From positions 20,939,700-21,003,699 of the forward strand of contig OZ037768.1 in NCBI GenBank assembly GCA_964035545.1: DNA of 64,000 bases. Reading direction: 5' to 3'. Position 1 is the stretch's first letter; each line of letters begins with the position of its first letter. The notes under the pieces were generated by a model. That model ran no database searches. It was not told the DNA's origin and worked only from the letters and a program-made list of their open reading frames with translations. Both the position numbers and the translations under genes were made by a program. The DNA is from Bugula neritina (Eukaryota > Animalia > Bryozoa). Positions 1 through 13,206 of this stretch are shown here, piece after piece.

Positions 1-72
1 TTTTGGTTTTATTTCTTTAAAATACTGTAACTGCAATCGTCCCATGTTCTGCTGATATTACTTTTTCTGTAG

Positions 73-1200
73 CGAGTTGATCGGTTGTTTGACATCCTGA
101 ATAGTCGATCAGCAATAGCTAAAGGCTACAAGCAGCCTTTACATCTAAATGGTATCAGTGTCATCACTCCTTTTCTGAAAGATACACGGCAATATTTGCT
201 AGGCCTAAAGAATAATGAAAAGATACCTCTGTACAAGACCAAAAGGTAAATTTCCTATTACCATAGAAAGTGTTACTTGCTTATATTTCAGATCTAATAT
301 GTGCCTGTCCCTATTTGTGTTATTTGCAGACATGTTTGTATTACTGGACTTGTATGTGCCATTGACACAGTGTTTGGGTTGGTGGAGAAACTGTTGGTGC
401 TCGACTATCTGCTAATGTATAAATTTTCGCAAGACCATTTAGAGCTGTGGTATGCTATAGCTCTAAACAGCTATGCATGAAGCCCAGTCTGCATCCACTT
501 ATGTTAACATGTTCATTTGTTCTCTTACTCTCTTATCTCTTTCCTTCAGGTGTTCGGTTTTTCACTTTGCTTTGATAGGGGCAACTAAGATGGTCGGTTG
601 GACCAACTGTGTTGAAAAGTGAATATTTTTGCATGAGCTTAGCGGTTAAAATGCATGCAATATGAAGTATATTTTATTAACTTTTGAATACCAAGAGACA
701 AAGATAATGAATTTTCAAAAATTTCCAAAACTGTGGTGTCAAAGCAATTGTGCATTTTTTAATTAAATGACTTTTTTGGCTTAATTGCATGCAAGGTTTT
801 GCTTGTGTTCTAAAAAACATCATTTTTTCTGGGTAAACATAATCCAATCATTAATTGTGAACAGGCAATTGATGTCCAAGCATTTTTTTAATATCTGTTC
901 TAGGTGGATGGAATAATAACGCATCTGTAACTGGCTTTCAGTCTATCTTTAGAAAATTGGTGACCCGATGTGGTGTACATCCAGGCAACTCAGGAAATTC
1001 TAAGCCATTAGATAGCACAACTGCTATTCATGGAGACATCATTAGGCATCGAAAATCATCATTTCTCCCTTTTAAATTTACTCATTGAAGTATATTATGA
1101 CTTATTTCAGCACCACATTGCTAAACTAACAAATATTGCTATGCACAAACTAAATTTCAGGCAATGTAGCAACAAAAGTGTACTGTTTAGAGGCCAGTAA
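73..1200 (+). pseudogene. P-element/THAP9-family transposase, 3' part, intron-containing and internally deleted
   Basis: GT-AG exons 73-245 (RVDRLFDILNSRSAIAKGYKQPL...KTKR) and 330-449 (...DYLLMYKFSQDHLELW), then an exon from 904 (GGWNNNASVTGFQSIFRKLVTRCG...GN). A different frame ~1033-1200 gives the typical C-terminus GIENHHFSLLNLLIEVYYDLFQHHIAKL...KSVLFRGQ*. DRLFDILNS, YKFSQDHLE and GGWNNN are recognisable P-transposase motifs. The frame break near 1030 indicates an internal deletion. Confidence 0.88.
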
Positions 1201-3421
1201 TAAGGATGTGGGTAATTAATCGTTTAGAAGTTATTACAACAGTATTTATATTATAACATTAGATGATAACAAATATTGTTATTGCAATATAATATTATTT
1301 TTTGTTTATTCTGTAATTCTATTTTAATCACTTATTGCTTTCAGATTAGCACTTGAAAACAGAATTTAAAACTTTGAAAGGTTTAAGGAAATCTGTTACT
1401 TGCCTGTGTTGTAAAGCTGTGTCTTACCACCGGTTTTTTTTATATTATTTATAAACTTTTATACTTGTTATCCTTACTGCCAGTGTTCATGTACTAAGGC
1501 TGAAATTTGCTTTGCTGTTGCTTTTCATTTAATTTTGACTAATGTGTTGATCTAATCAATAAATATGTAATGCATTTGTTAGGTTATTAAAGTTATTATC
1601 ATATATACTTGAGGTACATGCTTCATAAAATGATAATTAGTCATGAAATTACAAATACCAAAAGTAAAATAAACAAAATAATTGGTTCCTGCTTCACATT
1701 GCTGAATTTTCATTATTTTTTAGCGTTTACCTCAATTTATAAGCTCTAATAGCTTGCATTTATAATGGATTTTACTACTACTGCGTGCAAAACAAGTAGG
1801 CGTGGTTAAGTTTTCCATGTTAAGGCGGAGCTAAACTATTTGGCCACGCTAAAACGTCCTTGGCCTCTCCAGGTCTATTCCAGCTCAGTGCTCCAAACAT
1901 ACTTCCCTTCTTTCAGCCAAGACTGTATGACGCCAACGACGGCTGGAATTGAGTTCAAAGTTCAAGATGAGTTTTAAACATGAAATTTGTTTTACACAAA
2001 AAAGCTGCTGCTTACAATATTTCACATCAAGTTACACTTTAGACTTCAATTGAATTACACAAACAAATAGTTTAAAGCAACTTACTGAGTAGCAAAAAAG
2101 TTTATTCTTTTGTTCCCGGAAAAAGACTTGTTTTTGTGTAACTACATTCTTCATGATCGTTCAAGAAAGTAGGCTCTTAAAACATCATTAATTTTAGCAA
2201 AATGATAAATTCAACAAATAAAGATAGTATGAGAGTAAGTACCATAGAAGTTCTACAAACCTCTTTGCTACTTCAAGTAATTCTAAGAAGACATGTTTCA
2301 ATGGCTAGTTCCATGAGATGGTGGCCATGTGCTGTTACTATAGCAACTGCAGTAACAGTTTAGTTGTGCAATATAAATGCATAATTTAGAGACAAATTAA
2401 GTAGCACATGGAAAATGGCAAGTTTTCTATAACAATAGTTTTCTCTTTTCTTGTACAAGAAAAACAAATGTCTTTAAAGGAGTTGCCTCTACCTTAAAGA
2501 AACTGTAAGAATATTGCAGGTGAGTTTTGTAGTGACATGCACTTTTACATTGCAGTATATGCTTTACCTGCAAGAAAAACTGTCTGCTATGAGAAAGGTT
2601 TCTAGCATTAATTTGCAACCAGAATGAATACAAAGTTGGAGTAAGTAGGTATATATTTAATAATTATATTTAATATCTTCATTTAAAAATTATTAAAATT
2701 ACTATTATTGATTATTACTAGTACTAACACAAATTAAATACAGTTTAGTATTTGTTAGAAATTAAAACTGCAATTATTTACAGCAATAACAAAAATATTT
2801 CTATTAGTGTTTGAAAAGTAATAATAGGTTTCTAAGTTGCAGCCCAAATGTGAGTTTGAAATAGTAGACGAAAAATTCAGGTAAATAAAAGTTCACGTAA
2901 AGTTATTCGAAAAATGTAAAACAGCAGATAAGAAAGTTTGGCAGCATGAAAACGTGTCATTAAAAGCCGCTGATTCACCATCTTCTTGAATTGCTTAAGA
3001 TTTACAGAAGATAATTTCTCCTAAACTAACAACATATTCTATAGCAGTAATAGCATCGCTGTTTATCTTTCTACAGTTGACGGACTACAGGTAGAGAGAC
3101 AGTTGGAATATTATTTAGATATTTAGACAGTCAATAGTTCACCATATCAAACGACACATGAACTTTGAAAACTAGTTTTCAGACAAACTATTGTGTAGTA
3201 CTGCATAGTTTTAAACATTTTTGTTATAAACAAACAGTTTCAACTCAAATTGAATGGATGGGAAGTTGTAATATTATTGAGGTTTTCCTCTCTTAGTAAA
3301 TTCAAAGCTTCATCAGACTGGCTTACGTAAGACTACAATAGTCCATAGGCTGTTAAAGGATGAAGAAAATCTCTGAATAATAGCTCTACATATAATACAT
3401 AAATAATCACTTTGTGTGACG

Positions 3422-3434
3422 CCACTAGATGGCA
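3422..3434 (+). promoter_or_regulatory. CTCF-consensus-like site
   Basis: CCACTAGATGGCA matches the CTCF core CCASYAGRKGGCR; motif match only. Confidence 0.35.
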
Positions 3435-5606
3435 TCAATTTGGAGAGAAAAAAAGCACATTATCTGCAGCCTCTGAAAGGGTTTCTAATGCTGCCTTTCT
3501 AAAGTCGATGCAAAGCCAATCACAAATAAGCTTTCATGATTAAAAGACGCTGTGTGATTGGTTCGCAGCAGCTTCAGTGTGTGCTCACAGGCTAAAAATA
3601 GACCATAGCCATGTTTCTGTAAACTAAACTACGGGAAGAGTGTTTAGAAACAGAAATTGAAACTGTAGTTAATTGAGCAGCCCTATAGCGGAGGCATGTG
3701 AGGAAACTACATGCGCTGAAGGCATGACATAGATGCTTGTGAATGGCATGCATCTACGTATGCACGCTTTCAGGCTTTGATAACACCACAATTATTCACT
3801 TTTTAAATATCAACATAAGATATAAATGAAATGTTTCAGCCATGTTGAAATGTCATGCGATGATGTATCAACATGATACTAAAACTTCATCTTCCCGGGT
3901 GCAGCGTTTCTGTCTGGTGATTTCAAACAAGTTGTAGCTTGTTCAAATGTCGCTTGCACTTTAGCTTTGTTCTTATCCTTTTATAATAATCTTCCTGTCA
4001 CATGATCAGTTGTAGTCATCTAATCCTAGATATGAAGTTTTGAAACAGAAATAATTTCTTAAAGGACTCATTTTTTGAAAACTGCTGTTTTTTGTAATTA
4101 CTTGTTTTTCAATGTTCTCAAACTTTTAAAAATTTGAAATAGTTTTGTAGTGGTTCATGTAATTTTATATAATGTTAAAGTTATCGCATATTGCATGCTG
4201 TGACGAAATGATGAAACATTCCTTAGAAGTTGAGCACATATTCGTATGTTAAGGCATTTTTATATACAATTGATTTATTATTAAGCGCAGTATATAATAA
4301 GTTGAGATTAAGTAGGCTTCAAAAGAATAGCTTACATTAACATGGTTTTTTCTAAAACTAAAGAACTCTATCAAAACATGCTGTATTATAATATATGTAT
4401 ATATTATACTATGAATTGGATATACATTATATTATATCATATATTGCAACATTAACATGCTGCAATTTTACGAAAAAATTGAATTTATTTCTAAAAAGCA
4501 GAAATGTTAATTTTTACTACTCTGCTAAAAATCGTTTCTTGTATGGTATTTTGCTAATATACACTACACTATTTCATAACCATAATCCAATGCATGTAAG
4601 AACAATGTTTCTGTATAATATATGGATTCATTTATAAAATGCTTGCAGAGACTTAAATATTGTTGAAGAATAACAGCTTTTACTTTGAGATCATGCATAC
4701 TGACGGAAAAGCTTTTTTCATGCACATAATTGTAAAAGGTAGAATACGTTTGTAGTAAAGGTTAGGTTGTGTATGCGGGGTGTTTTTAGCATCTTGTTGG
4801 ACACAGCATATCAGCTCATGTAGATTGTGGCTTAGCTTAGGTCCGGAAAATTTTGATTTAGGTTTAACTTGAATGAGTTATTTTATAGTCAGACATCTTT
4901 TCATCCGACAAAGTTCTGTTAGGGGTTTCAAGAGAGAAGACAAAAGAGAGTTTGACGACAACTTTTAAAGCCCGAATGAGAATAATGGCCACTCCAGAAA
5001 TTCCAAAACTGCCTATGACTTTGAAACCAGAGTAATTCTTGAAACATGTTTATATTTTTGTATAAAAACTTCACCTCATGTTTATATATTATAGCAACAA
5101 ACTTGATACTAAATATTTATATAGCTTGCATGGTGATATGCACATACACTGGGGAGAACTATAGAGGGATACGGTCGTTGCTAGGAGAGATAATAACAGA
5201 AGAGATTATCAGCTAACATGATCTGTATTAGAATGTGATGTCAGCGATATAGGCAGAAGGTGTGTAGTTATAAATATATTGTTTACTTGTGTCAGCCAAT
5301 CACATTATGAAGTCAGCAAATAGTTGACAAATACTTGCGTGATGATGACATTTGCTGTTTCAACCATTTTAACAAGCTGTTTGGCTATATAAATACGTCT
5401 TTTATTATGCAATTAGTTGATGCACATCCTGGAATAACGTGTTTACATGAAGCTGTCTTATTATTTCGCTTACTGAAAGTATACCACCGAATGCAAGGCA
5501 AATACTAGCTGGTGTATATTACATCAGAGTAAGACATGGAGATCTCATTGTCAGCTTTTTCAATGCCCCATATGCTGACCCTGATTAACACTGAAGGTCA
5601 ACAAGT

Positions 5607-5620
5607 GTTACCATAGAAAC
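5607..5620. promoter_or_regulatory. X-box (RFX)-like motif
   Basis: GTTACCATAGAAAC fits GTTNCCATRGNAAC; partial matches at 5177-5189 and 5677-5690. Confidence 0.35.
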
Positions 5621-7251
5621 TCATATTCACCATTACAGGAAATCAGCATTCACTCGGTGAAAACGTAAGTGGCAATGCGGCTATGGTAACAAATGAGCAA
5701 TAAATAGACATTATGCAATCATAATTTTGGCAAAAATAGCAAATTTGTGATGAATTTGAACCTTTCCTCAAGCTCTTGGGTCATGGTTTGAATGCTGCTG
5801 ATTGTACAGCGTTGCTCTTATATAATATTGCTTATTATTGCACATCATGCAGTAAATATAGTCTGATGACAACAATATGTGCTAAAAATATATGCTATAC
5901 AATTTTATCTCTGTATTCTTAATAGAAAATAACGCACTATCATTTCATGCGTCTGCATTTTGATCCATGTGCAAGCATTTCATCATGCTACACGTGCTGT
6001 ATTTATAAACGCATTTACCTTTACTATAATCTTGGTCACATTTTATGTCGAGTGAATAATTCAAACTATCTTAAAACCTTATTAACAGAGAACTAAATGT
6101 TTATCCTCAACCTACAACAAAAAACTAATACAGCATTTGTAAAATATATGTAATTGGACAAAAATTGGTTTAGACATTTTGCACTCTCCATTGCTTAGAA
6201 AAATTTAAATATTTTACTTAAATTTTATCTTTCTTTATTGCAAAGTTATTTATGAAACTGTTATAAGTTGGAAAGACCATACGGCAAATCTAGTCAGTTA
6301 TATGATTATAATATGCTGCCAACATTCAATATAACGGCTGTCAAAGTATAATAAAACATAAAAATATTTGGTCTAACTTGCATATTAAAGGATTCTTTTG
6401 AACAATATTTGGTAATTGTTTTCTCTTGAATAGCCAATTCTTGTATCTGCAGGTTTTAGATATCAGATCTGACTTTTTTGTTCCGCACCATAAATAGGAG
6501 TTAATTACGTAGATAGATTATCAACCAATCATTGGCTAAATTCTCAGCTAGCATACCTTCATGTCATTGCCATATTGTCCCAAAGTCACCAAAATGTTTG
6601 TTATACGGACAGTCCAGGGTTTGCACGACACATCATCAAGTTCGAGCATTGTTGACAGCTTATTTGTTTTTGTTTATCTTCTGTATATGGAATGCTAGCG
6701 CTAGTGTATGTCAATTAAATACAAGACCTGTAACTGCGTGGAGATGCTAAATTAATTTTGGCAACTACCAGCGTTCACACGCACACGCACATGGGATGGT
6801 AATGAAATTTGGTATCAATGTAAAGTTAAAACGGTAAACTTCATTGGAGTGAAAATTGATATACACGCCCACATGCTCTATGTATATATATATAGCCATG
6901 TATATACAATGAGACTTGAAATTTGCTTAACCTGGATGATTCTATACTTCAGGGAGTTCTACCTAGATTTTGCTTCTTTCTAACTGTCACCATTCAGCAA
7001 GACAATTTTCTGCAATGAATTTCTTTGCACCAGGTGACATGTTTGTTCTGAGTAATTTATTAAAGAGTTTCATTAATCTATCTCTATCGGACGTGCTGAT
7101 TGGATGCTGCTAGCTAATACGATGATCTGTTACTACTACACTAAAGCCTAATTATTACTAATTAAATGTATCAAATGAGCGTAGCTAGGCCTGGGTCAAT
7201 AAAAGACAGCTGGTGGAAATAGGCTAGCAATTGGACTGGGTTCTGCTAAAG

Positions 7252-7258
7252 TATATAA
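7252..7258 (+). promoter_or_regulatory. TATA box of the TGF-beta-family gene
   Basis: TATATAA about 100 bp upstream of the ATG at 7354. Confidence 0.5.
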
Positions 7259-7353
7259 GCTCTTGCAGAAGCAGATTTTCACACACATTGGATAAGAGAG
7301 GTTCTATTCAGTTGATCTCCAAGGCTTATCTGTTAATATCGCATATCATCACC

Positions 7354-10217
7354 ATGAAGTGTCTTATTTATATTCTGTTTACACTCACATTGTTGAACTG
7401 TGTAATGGACACCGTGTGCCGAGTGGCGCAGTACGCTACCAACGCTGGTACAGGAGCTAGAAAAGTTAGACACAGCTCTGGTGTCACCAGCCCAATTGGT
7501 GATCCAACAGCCACGGCTTTACTCCAATTACAGAGTGATATTCTGGCCAACCTGGGCATGTCACAGCCGCCCAATACCTCAGGGGATAGTATTTCAGAAT
7601 TTGCTCGACTTCAAGCTTTGCAACAAGCTGGTGTGTTGGAAGATGACATTGAAGAAGAACATTTTATGTCCAAAAGTTCAAATATTATACTCATTGCTAA
7701 ACAATGTAAGTATCAGCATGTATACTCTTTGCTAAACATTGTGTCAGTCAATGTGTCAGTATATATACTCCTTGCTAAAAATTAAAAGTAGACATCAACA
7801 AGGTAGATGCAGTATTGGAGAAATTGAAAAGAGCCTGTGTCCTAAATGGAAAAATGTAAAATAGTTATGTTCTTGTGGGACTTTCAACTCTTGCCCCAAA
7901 CCAAAATTCATTAGGAAAACCTAAAGAACTTGGGTTATTGGAATTTGGGCTTCTCTTTCTTTTATGCTAGTCACAAATAAATTATTTAGATTTTCAATTA
8001 CACATGACATAGGAATTTAGTAGAATAAGTTATACCTAGCACAATGTAAGTGCACTGCAAGGCAAAAACCTCTGTAAGATATTTGTATAGCTGCTTCTCA
8101 TGAATAAATATTAGAGGTTAAACTAATATAGCAATAAAACTGTGATATGGCATTGCTGAATGTATTAACAAAAATTGAAATAATTAGTATAGCTAATCTA
8201 AGATAATCTGCCACATACGTAGGTAAAATAATAAAACCATGGAGATATGCAGAGGCACCTGTTATTAGAAAACAAACAAGTGTTCTTAATGCGTGGAAAT
8301 TTTTTTCTGTGATTTTATGTTACAAACATGGTGAGCTACGCACTGTAGGTTTAGTGACTTGACAGCGTACTACAACTTCACTCAACAGTTAACTACTTAA
8401 CCTAATTCAATGAAATGCAAAAATATAAGTTATTAAACCAGCATTAAACTCCACCAGACTTGAACACAAACAATGTTCAACAAACTTTAATTTCGAGAGG
8501 TTAGCAGACAGATAACCTTTGCACCCACTTCTTGCGACACTATAAAAAGCTGTCTGAGACTTATCAAAGCACAACTGGCACACAGCAATGCAGAGGCGTG
8601 CAATAAAAACTCCATTAACAGCAATTTTAAACAGAGTGAACTTAAGTTAAAGTTATTCATAGTCTGAGAATTGGCTGGTGGCTGACTGCAATACTATTTA
8701 TAGTGACTGCTCTTGTAAACATTTACTACCTGCAGCCTATTTGTCTCTGTGTCTTATAGTAGACTATTGCATTTGTTTTCTTTGAGCAAAAAACATTTAA
8801 ACAAACAAATTAGTGATGAAAGAAACAGTAATTGAATTAAAAGCTACCATTCAGTGGGTAGAGTTTAGACTCTATTTTTCTATTTACTTGATAGCATAAT
8901 TATATGCCTGTCTACAGTGACCAACTTATTCACCTGTGGTGAAATGTTTGTCGAAAATGAACAATAGATAGGCCTACACATGTCTATCTAAAATCAACTG
9001 CTTTTTATTTAGCTGAAATAAGCACCATCTTAGATTTAGGCTCTTTGCTTTAGACTCAATTAAAACAAATCTTTTTTGATTCAGAAAAAATGTATTTTTA
9101 TAGAAATATTTCAAACTCATGAGCCTTTTTATTCATTTTATGCTGGCACATTGTATAACCTTTGATAAAAGTGTAGCTGTAAGAGACTGAAAAGAAACAC
9201 TAATTACTTGTGTGTTACAAAAATACATTAAACTCTTTACCACAAAATCCTTTTTGGAGACTAGCTAAACATAAAAACAAACAACTTTGAATCTTCTTAG
9301 CTAAAACCTGATGATGCAGTCATCTATTTAGCTTTAAGAAATGTCATAAATCATAATAAATGCCATCAATAAAAGGCATTGTTGTTCAACTACATTCTCT
9401 TAAATGTATTTCTTATAATGATGAACTATTGTTTCTGTTCACAGTACACACCATTGGATTTGGAGAGACGATTCAGTTTGTGGTAAATGCAGCTGATAGA
9501 AGTAACAGGATGTCTGAGATCAAGTTGTACTATCACGTCAACTCGGCGAATATCACCATGCACACCGGCAGCGAAGACAATAAAATGCTGCTTCGACTCA
9601 GTCTTCTCACGTCAGAATCTGACGGCAGCATTTCTTCTCAGCTAATAGAAAACATCGGTATCCACAAACACTTGGTGGGTTGGCACAGCCAGGTCATCCC
9701 TAATAGCCTAATTCGGCATGAGTTGTTAAACCGAGGCAACCTAACAGAAAACGTGACACTCAACTTTCATCTTAGCTGTTTGAACTGCGAATATCAAGTC
9801 TTTCCTAGAGTCATGACCAAACAGAATGTGCCGTTTCTAAGAATGGATGGATGGCGAAGAATAAAAAGAACCACATCGTCATCTTGCAGCAGCGACGGCA
9901 GCTGTTGCAAGAGAGAGCTTATAGTTGACTTTGAGGCGCTCGGCTGGGACTGGGTTGTGCACCCGAAGAGATACACGGCCAACTACTGCGCCGGTTCCTG
10001 CGCCACTCCGACGGCGACTCAGCGCCAGAGCATGTCCTCAAACAGTCTCGTCCTCAACGCCATGCTAGAGAATTTAAGAAGGGGCAACTCCAACTCCTGC
10101 TGTGTGTCTGTAGCGAGCGAAGAGGAGTTTATACCTATAATTTATACGAAGGCATCAGGTGAGGTGGCCAGCAATAGGAACACTATAAGAACGATACATC
10201 AGTGTCGGTGTTCATGA
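7354..10217 (+). CDS. TGF-beta superfamily ligand, activin/inhibin-beta/myostatin (9-Cys) class, 374 aa
   Basis: Exon 1 7354-7705 (signal peptide MKCLIYILFTLTLLNC..., prodomain helix QLQSDILANLGMSQPP; donor T|gtaagt). Exon 2 9445-10217 (acceptor ttcacag|TA, phase 1 matches). Furin site RRIKR precedes a mature domain C..CCKRELIVDFEALGWDWVVHPKRYTANYCAGSC...CC...CRCS with 9 Cys. AATAAA at 10515-10520. Confidence 0.93.
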
Positions 10218-13206
10218 TGTCATAAAAGTCATCGAGCATGATCAAAAGACAAACTACACCCATCCAATCATTTATATAAACATGTTTCATGGTTTTATTT
10301 TGTTGTAATTAGTAGTGCTAACTGGACTTTCGCAACCAGTTGTTGTGTATATGTATATACCTTGGCTTCTGTCACTAGCTACCAATTGTAAGCCTGCCTG
10401 TTACTCAACTCTCTAAATTTTATTCATGTGCAAATTCCTACAAACTCCTATAAACATGGCAGTTTACAAAAAGTGCTTAAATTTTTCAAATTTCTGTTTG
10501 ATTACAGTGCTTTGAATAAATATTCTTGTTATTTATTGTATTGAATTAAATTATCATTTTAGATTATCAAAATTGTTTAAAACTCAAATTAACTCTAGGC
10601 TTTTTTTTATAAACATTAATCGGCATACTTTTGCAAACCGGGCCTAGCTTAAAACTCCTAACTATCTCCTAGAGAAAATTGTCGAAATTTTTGTTTAGGC
10701 AGCCAATTGTATGCTGACCAATTGGCTTTCTTGCTGCTGTTTACAAACTTACAGGCTGTCTTAAGGCAGCCTGTGAAACTTGCGATAGGAGCCTGTGACT
10801 ATTAGAGTCATACAGTCAATACCTTTCCGCTTTTTCTGCTGTATTAAAACAGACTCTAAGTCTTACATAGTTCTCAATCTCTTTAATGAAGCACCTCTCA
10901 TTTTGTTGTTGTTGGCTTAGTATGATTTTTGTATTATGACTATTTGGTACCCAGTACGACACGGACTACTAGTCCTTTATTATCCTATTTTGTATTTAGT
11001 CCTGCCCTTCAAGGACTAATAATTTTTGTAATGTTGTACAAAAAGACTTGTGAATTTTATGAAATAAATTCATATGTGCAAAACTATACGGTAAACTTGT
11101 TATACTCGCCATGATTTTCATCGATTTCATGATTATAACAAAGTATGTTGAAATCTTATGCAATATGGTTGCAAGCCATGATTATGTTATAATGGCGCAT
11201 TTCACCACCTGGGGATGATTATATACTTTAATGCCATCAGTTAGTGATAGATACTTTATCACAGCATGTAATGTTATTGAATGGTTGATATATTCTTCAC
11301 ATTAATATAAATCAAAACTGATGGTAAAAATATTGAACTTTAAAGAGAAAAGATGCAAAATTAAATTTGAATTTAAAAGTTTGAATAAGTTAGCCTGCAT
11401 TGCATAAGACTAGTAGTATTTATAAGTTTGCTATTGCATTATTCTGACATGAAGCCAATAAAACTTCTCACTGAAAGGTAAAAAAAGTTGGTAAGTTCAA
11501 ATCGTTAATAGTTTTCAAGTCCTGGTTGCCAAATTAAAGACAGCATTAGGCTGTTTAAGCCAATTTCCTTTCACAAGACTTTTAAGCGCTGGTGGTACTC
11601 AAAAGGCAAATCAAGTGCAAGATTATGTACCCTAACTAACTAGCGGGATGAAAGTTTGTAAGCTGTCAAAACACCAGTGTTTGGTAACCTAGTTTCTCAA
11701 ATGCTGAGGTTAGATTAGAGTAAACTTCATGGCATGAATTCGTAGTACATTCAAATACAACTGATTGACATGCAATTTTTTACGTACTAATGACTTTGTA
11801 CTTTAAATTAATACTTAATTCTGAAGCAAGTGCATTTTTTGAGAATAAAGCCGGGTATATTTTCCCATCAGTACTTTTGTCGAAAATTAGGGGATTAGTA
11901 TTGTTGCAAAAACAATTTGAAAACAAGTGCGTCAATTAGTTACAGAGGCTAGGTAATGCAGCACTTTAGAGATACAACTTCAAAACATTTGGCATCTGCA
12001 CAGAATTATGAGCGTGGTATCTAAAGTCAGTAAAATATTCTTATGAAATATCAGCTTTTTGTTATTAAAATTAACATATTCACACATATATTATATTTGA
12101 GGAGTTTTCTCTCTTGGAATGCAAGGTTCTCATCAAGCAATGGCAGTTGTAATGTGGTCAATTGGTCAGGCATATTTCTGAGCAAAAACTTACAATTCCC
12201 TAGAATATTATTTTCCAATTATTACATAGTACAGTGGTGTCATCGAGCAAACTTCACACAACTTTGGACTTGCAAAAGAATTTTTCCGGCAAAGAATTAA
12301 TTTTCTAGATTCCTAGCTGTTATTCTGCAAAGATTAGATTTGGTTGAAAAGTGCAGTTGTATGCAAACACATAAGATCTTCCTCTTATAGTTACTTGTTC
12401 ATAGCCAAACAGTCCAACGAAATAATTTATTTACTATATATATATAATTTATGAGTGACCTACACTTTAACTAATAAGTATACGAGAGAATCAACTGCCC
12501 ACAAAGGCAATGCAATAATCTACATCACATATTCTAGCAATTGAAGATTTGTTGAATTTACACCAATAATTATATTTTCATTTGCCACACAGTTGGTATG
12601 CACAATAGAAGGGCAACATTATGAGAAAAAATTGCTAATATTCCCTACAAGACATTACATTACACATCATAGGAATGTAAGAAAGAAGAGAAACACAAAA
12701 CTCATACATAGTACTATATAATATAACATATAAATATAGTAAGCCATACTAATACTAACAAATGATATCAAGTACCTGAAAATATTCTTACCATACCAAT
12801 GAAAATGCTTGCAAGTTTATAAATTATTATTGAACACAAATACCATTCCTATTCAACACAGAGCTTATACAAAAACAATACATAGTATATAATAAAGGAT
12901 ATATTAAATAAAAAGTTGTGTACACACTAGGAGTAGCTGAACACTGCACACAGGGGCACGTGCAGTGTTCACCATACCTCGTAACATTCTCAATGCCATT
13001 CACACTATTATGCAGGAAACTTCCGATCCCACAAAAAGACAATATTTATTTAAACAAAAACTGCTTAGATGTGACAGAGTATCCCTACTACAGCTGGAAC
13101 GTGTGCATAATAATGAGATGCTACGAATTGGGCATGCAGTGAAGTCGTGTGGATTTTGGCTTGATTAATTGTCCAGAGACCGAACTAATAGGCAGCAGGC
13201 AGCGTG

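Noticed and set aside
7231-7353. N-terminal extension of the TGF-beta ORF
   Set aside because: Starts at TTG upstream of the TATA box; the ATG at 7354 is followed directly by a signal peptide.
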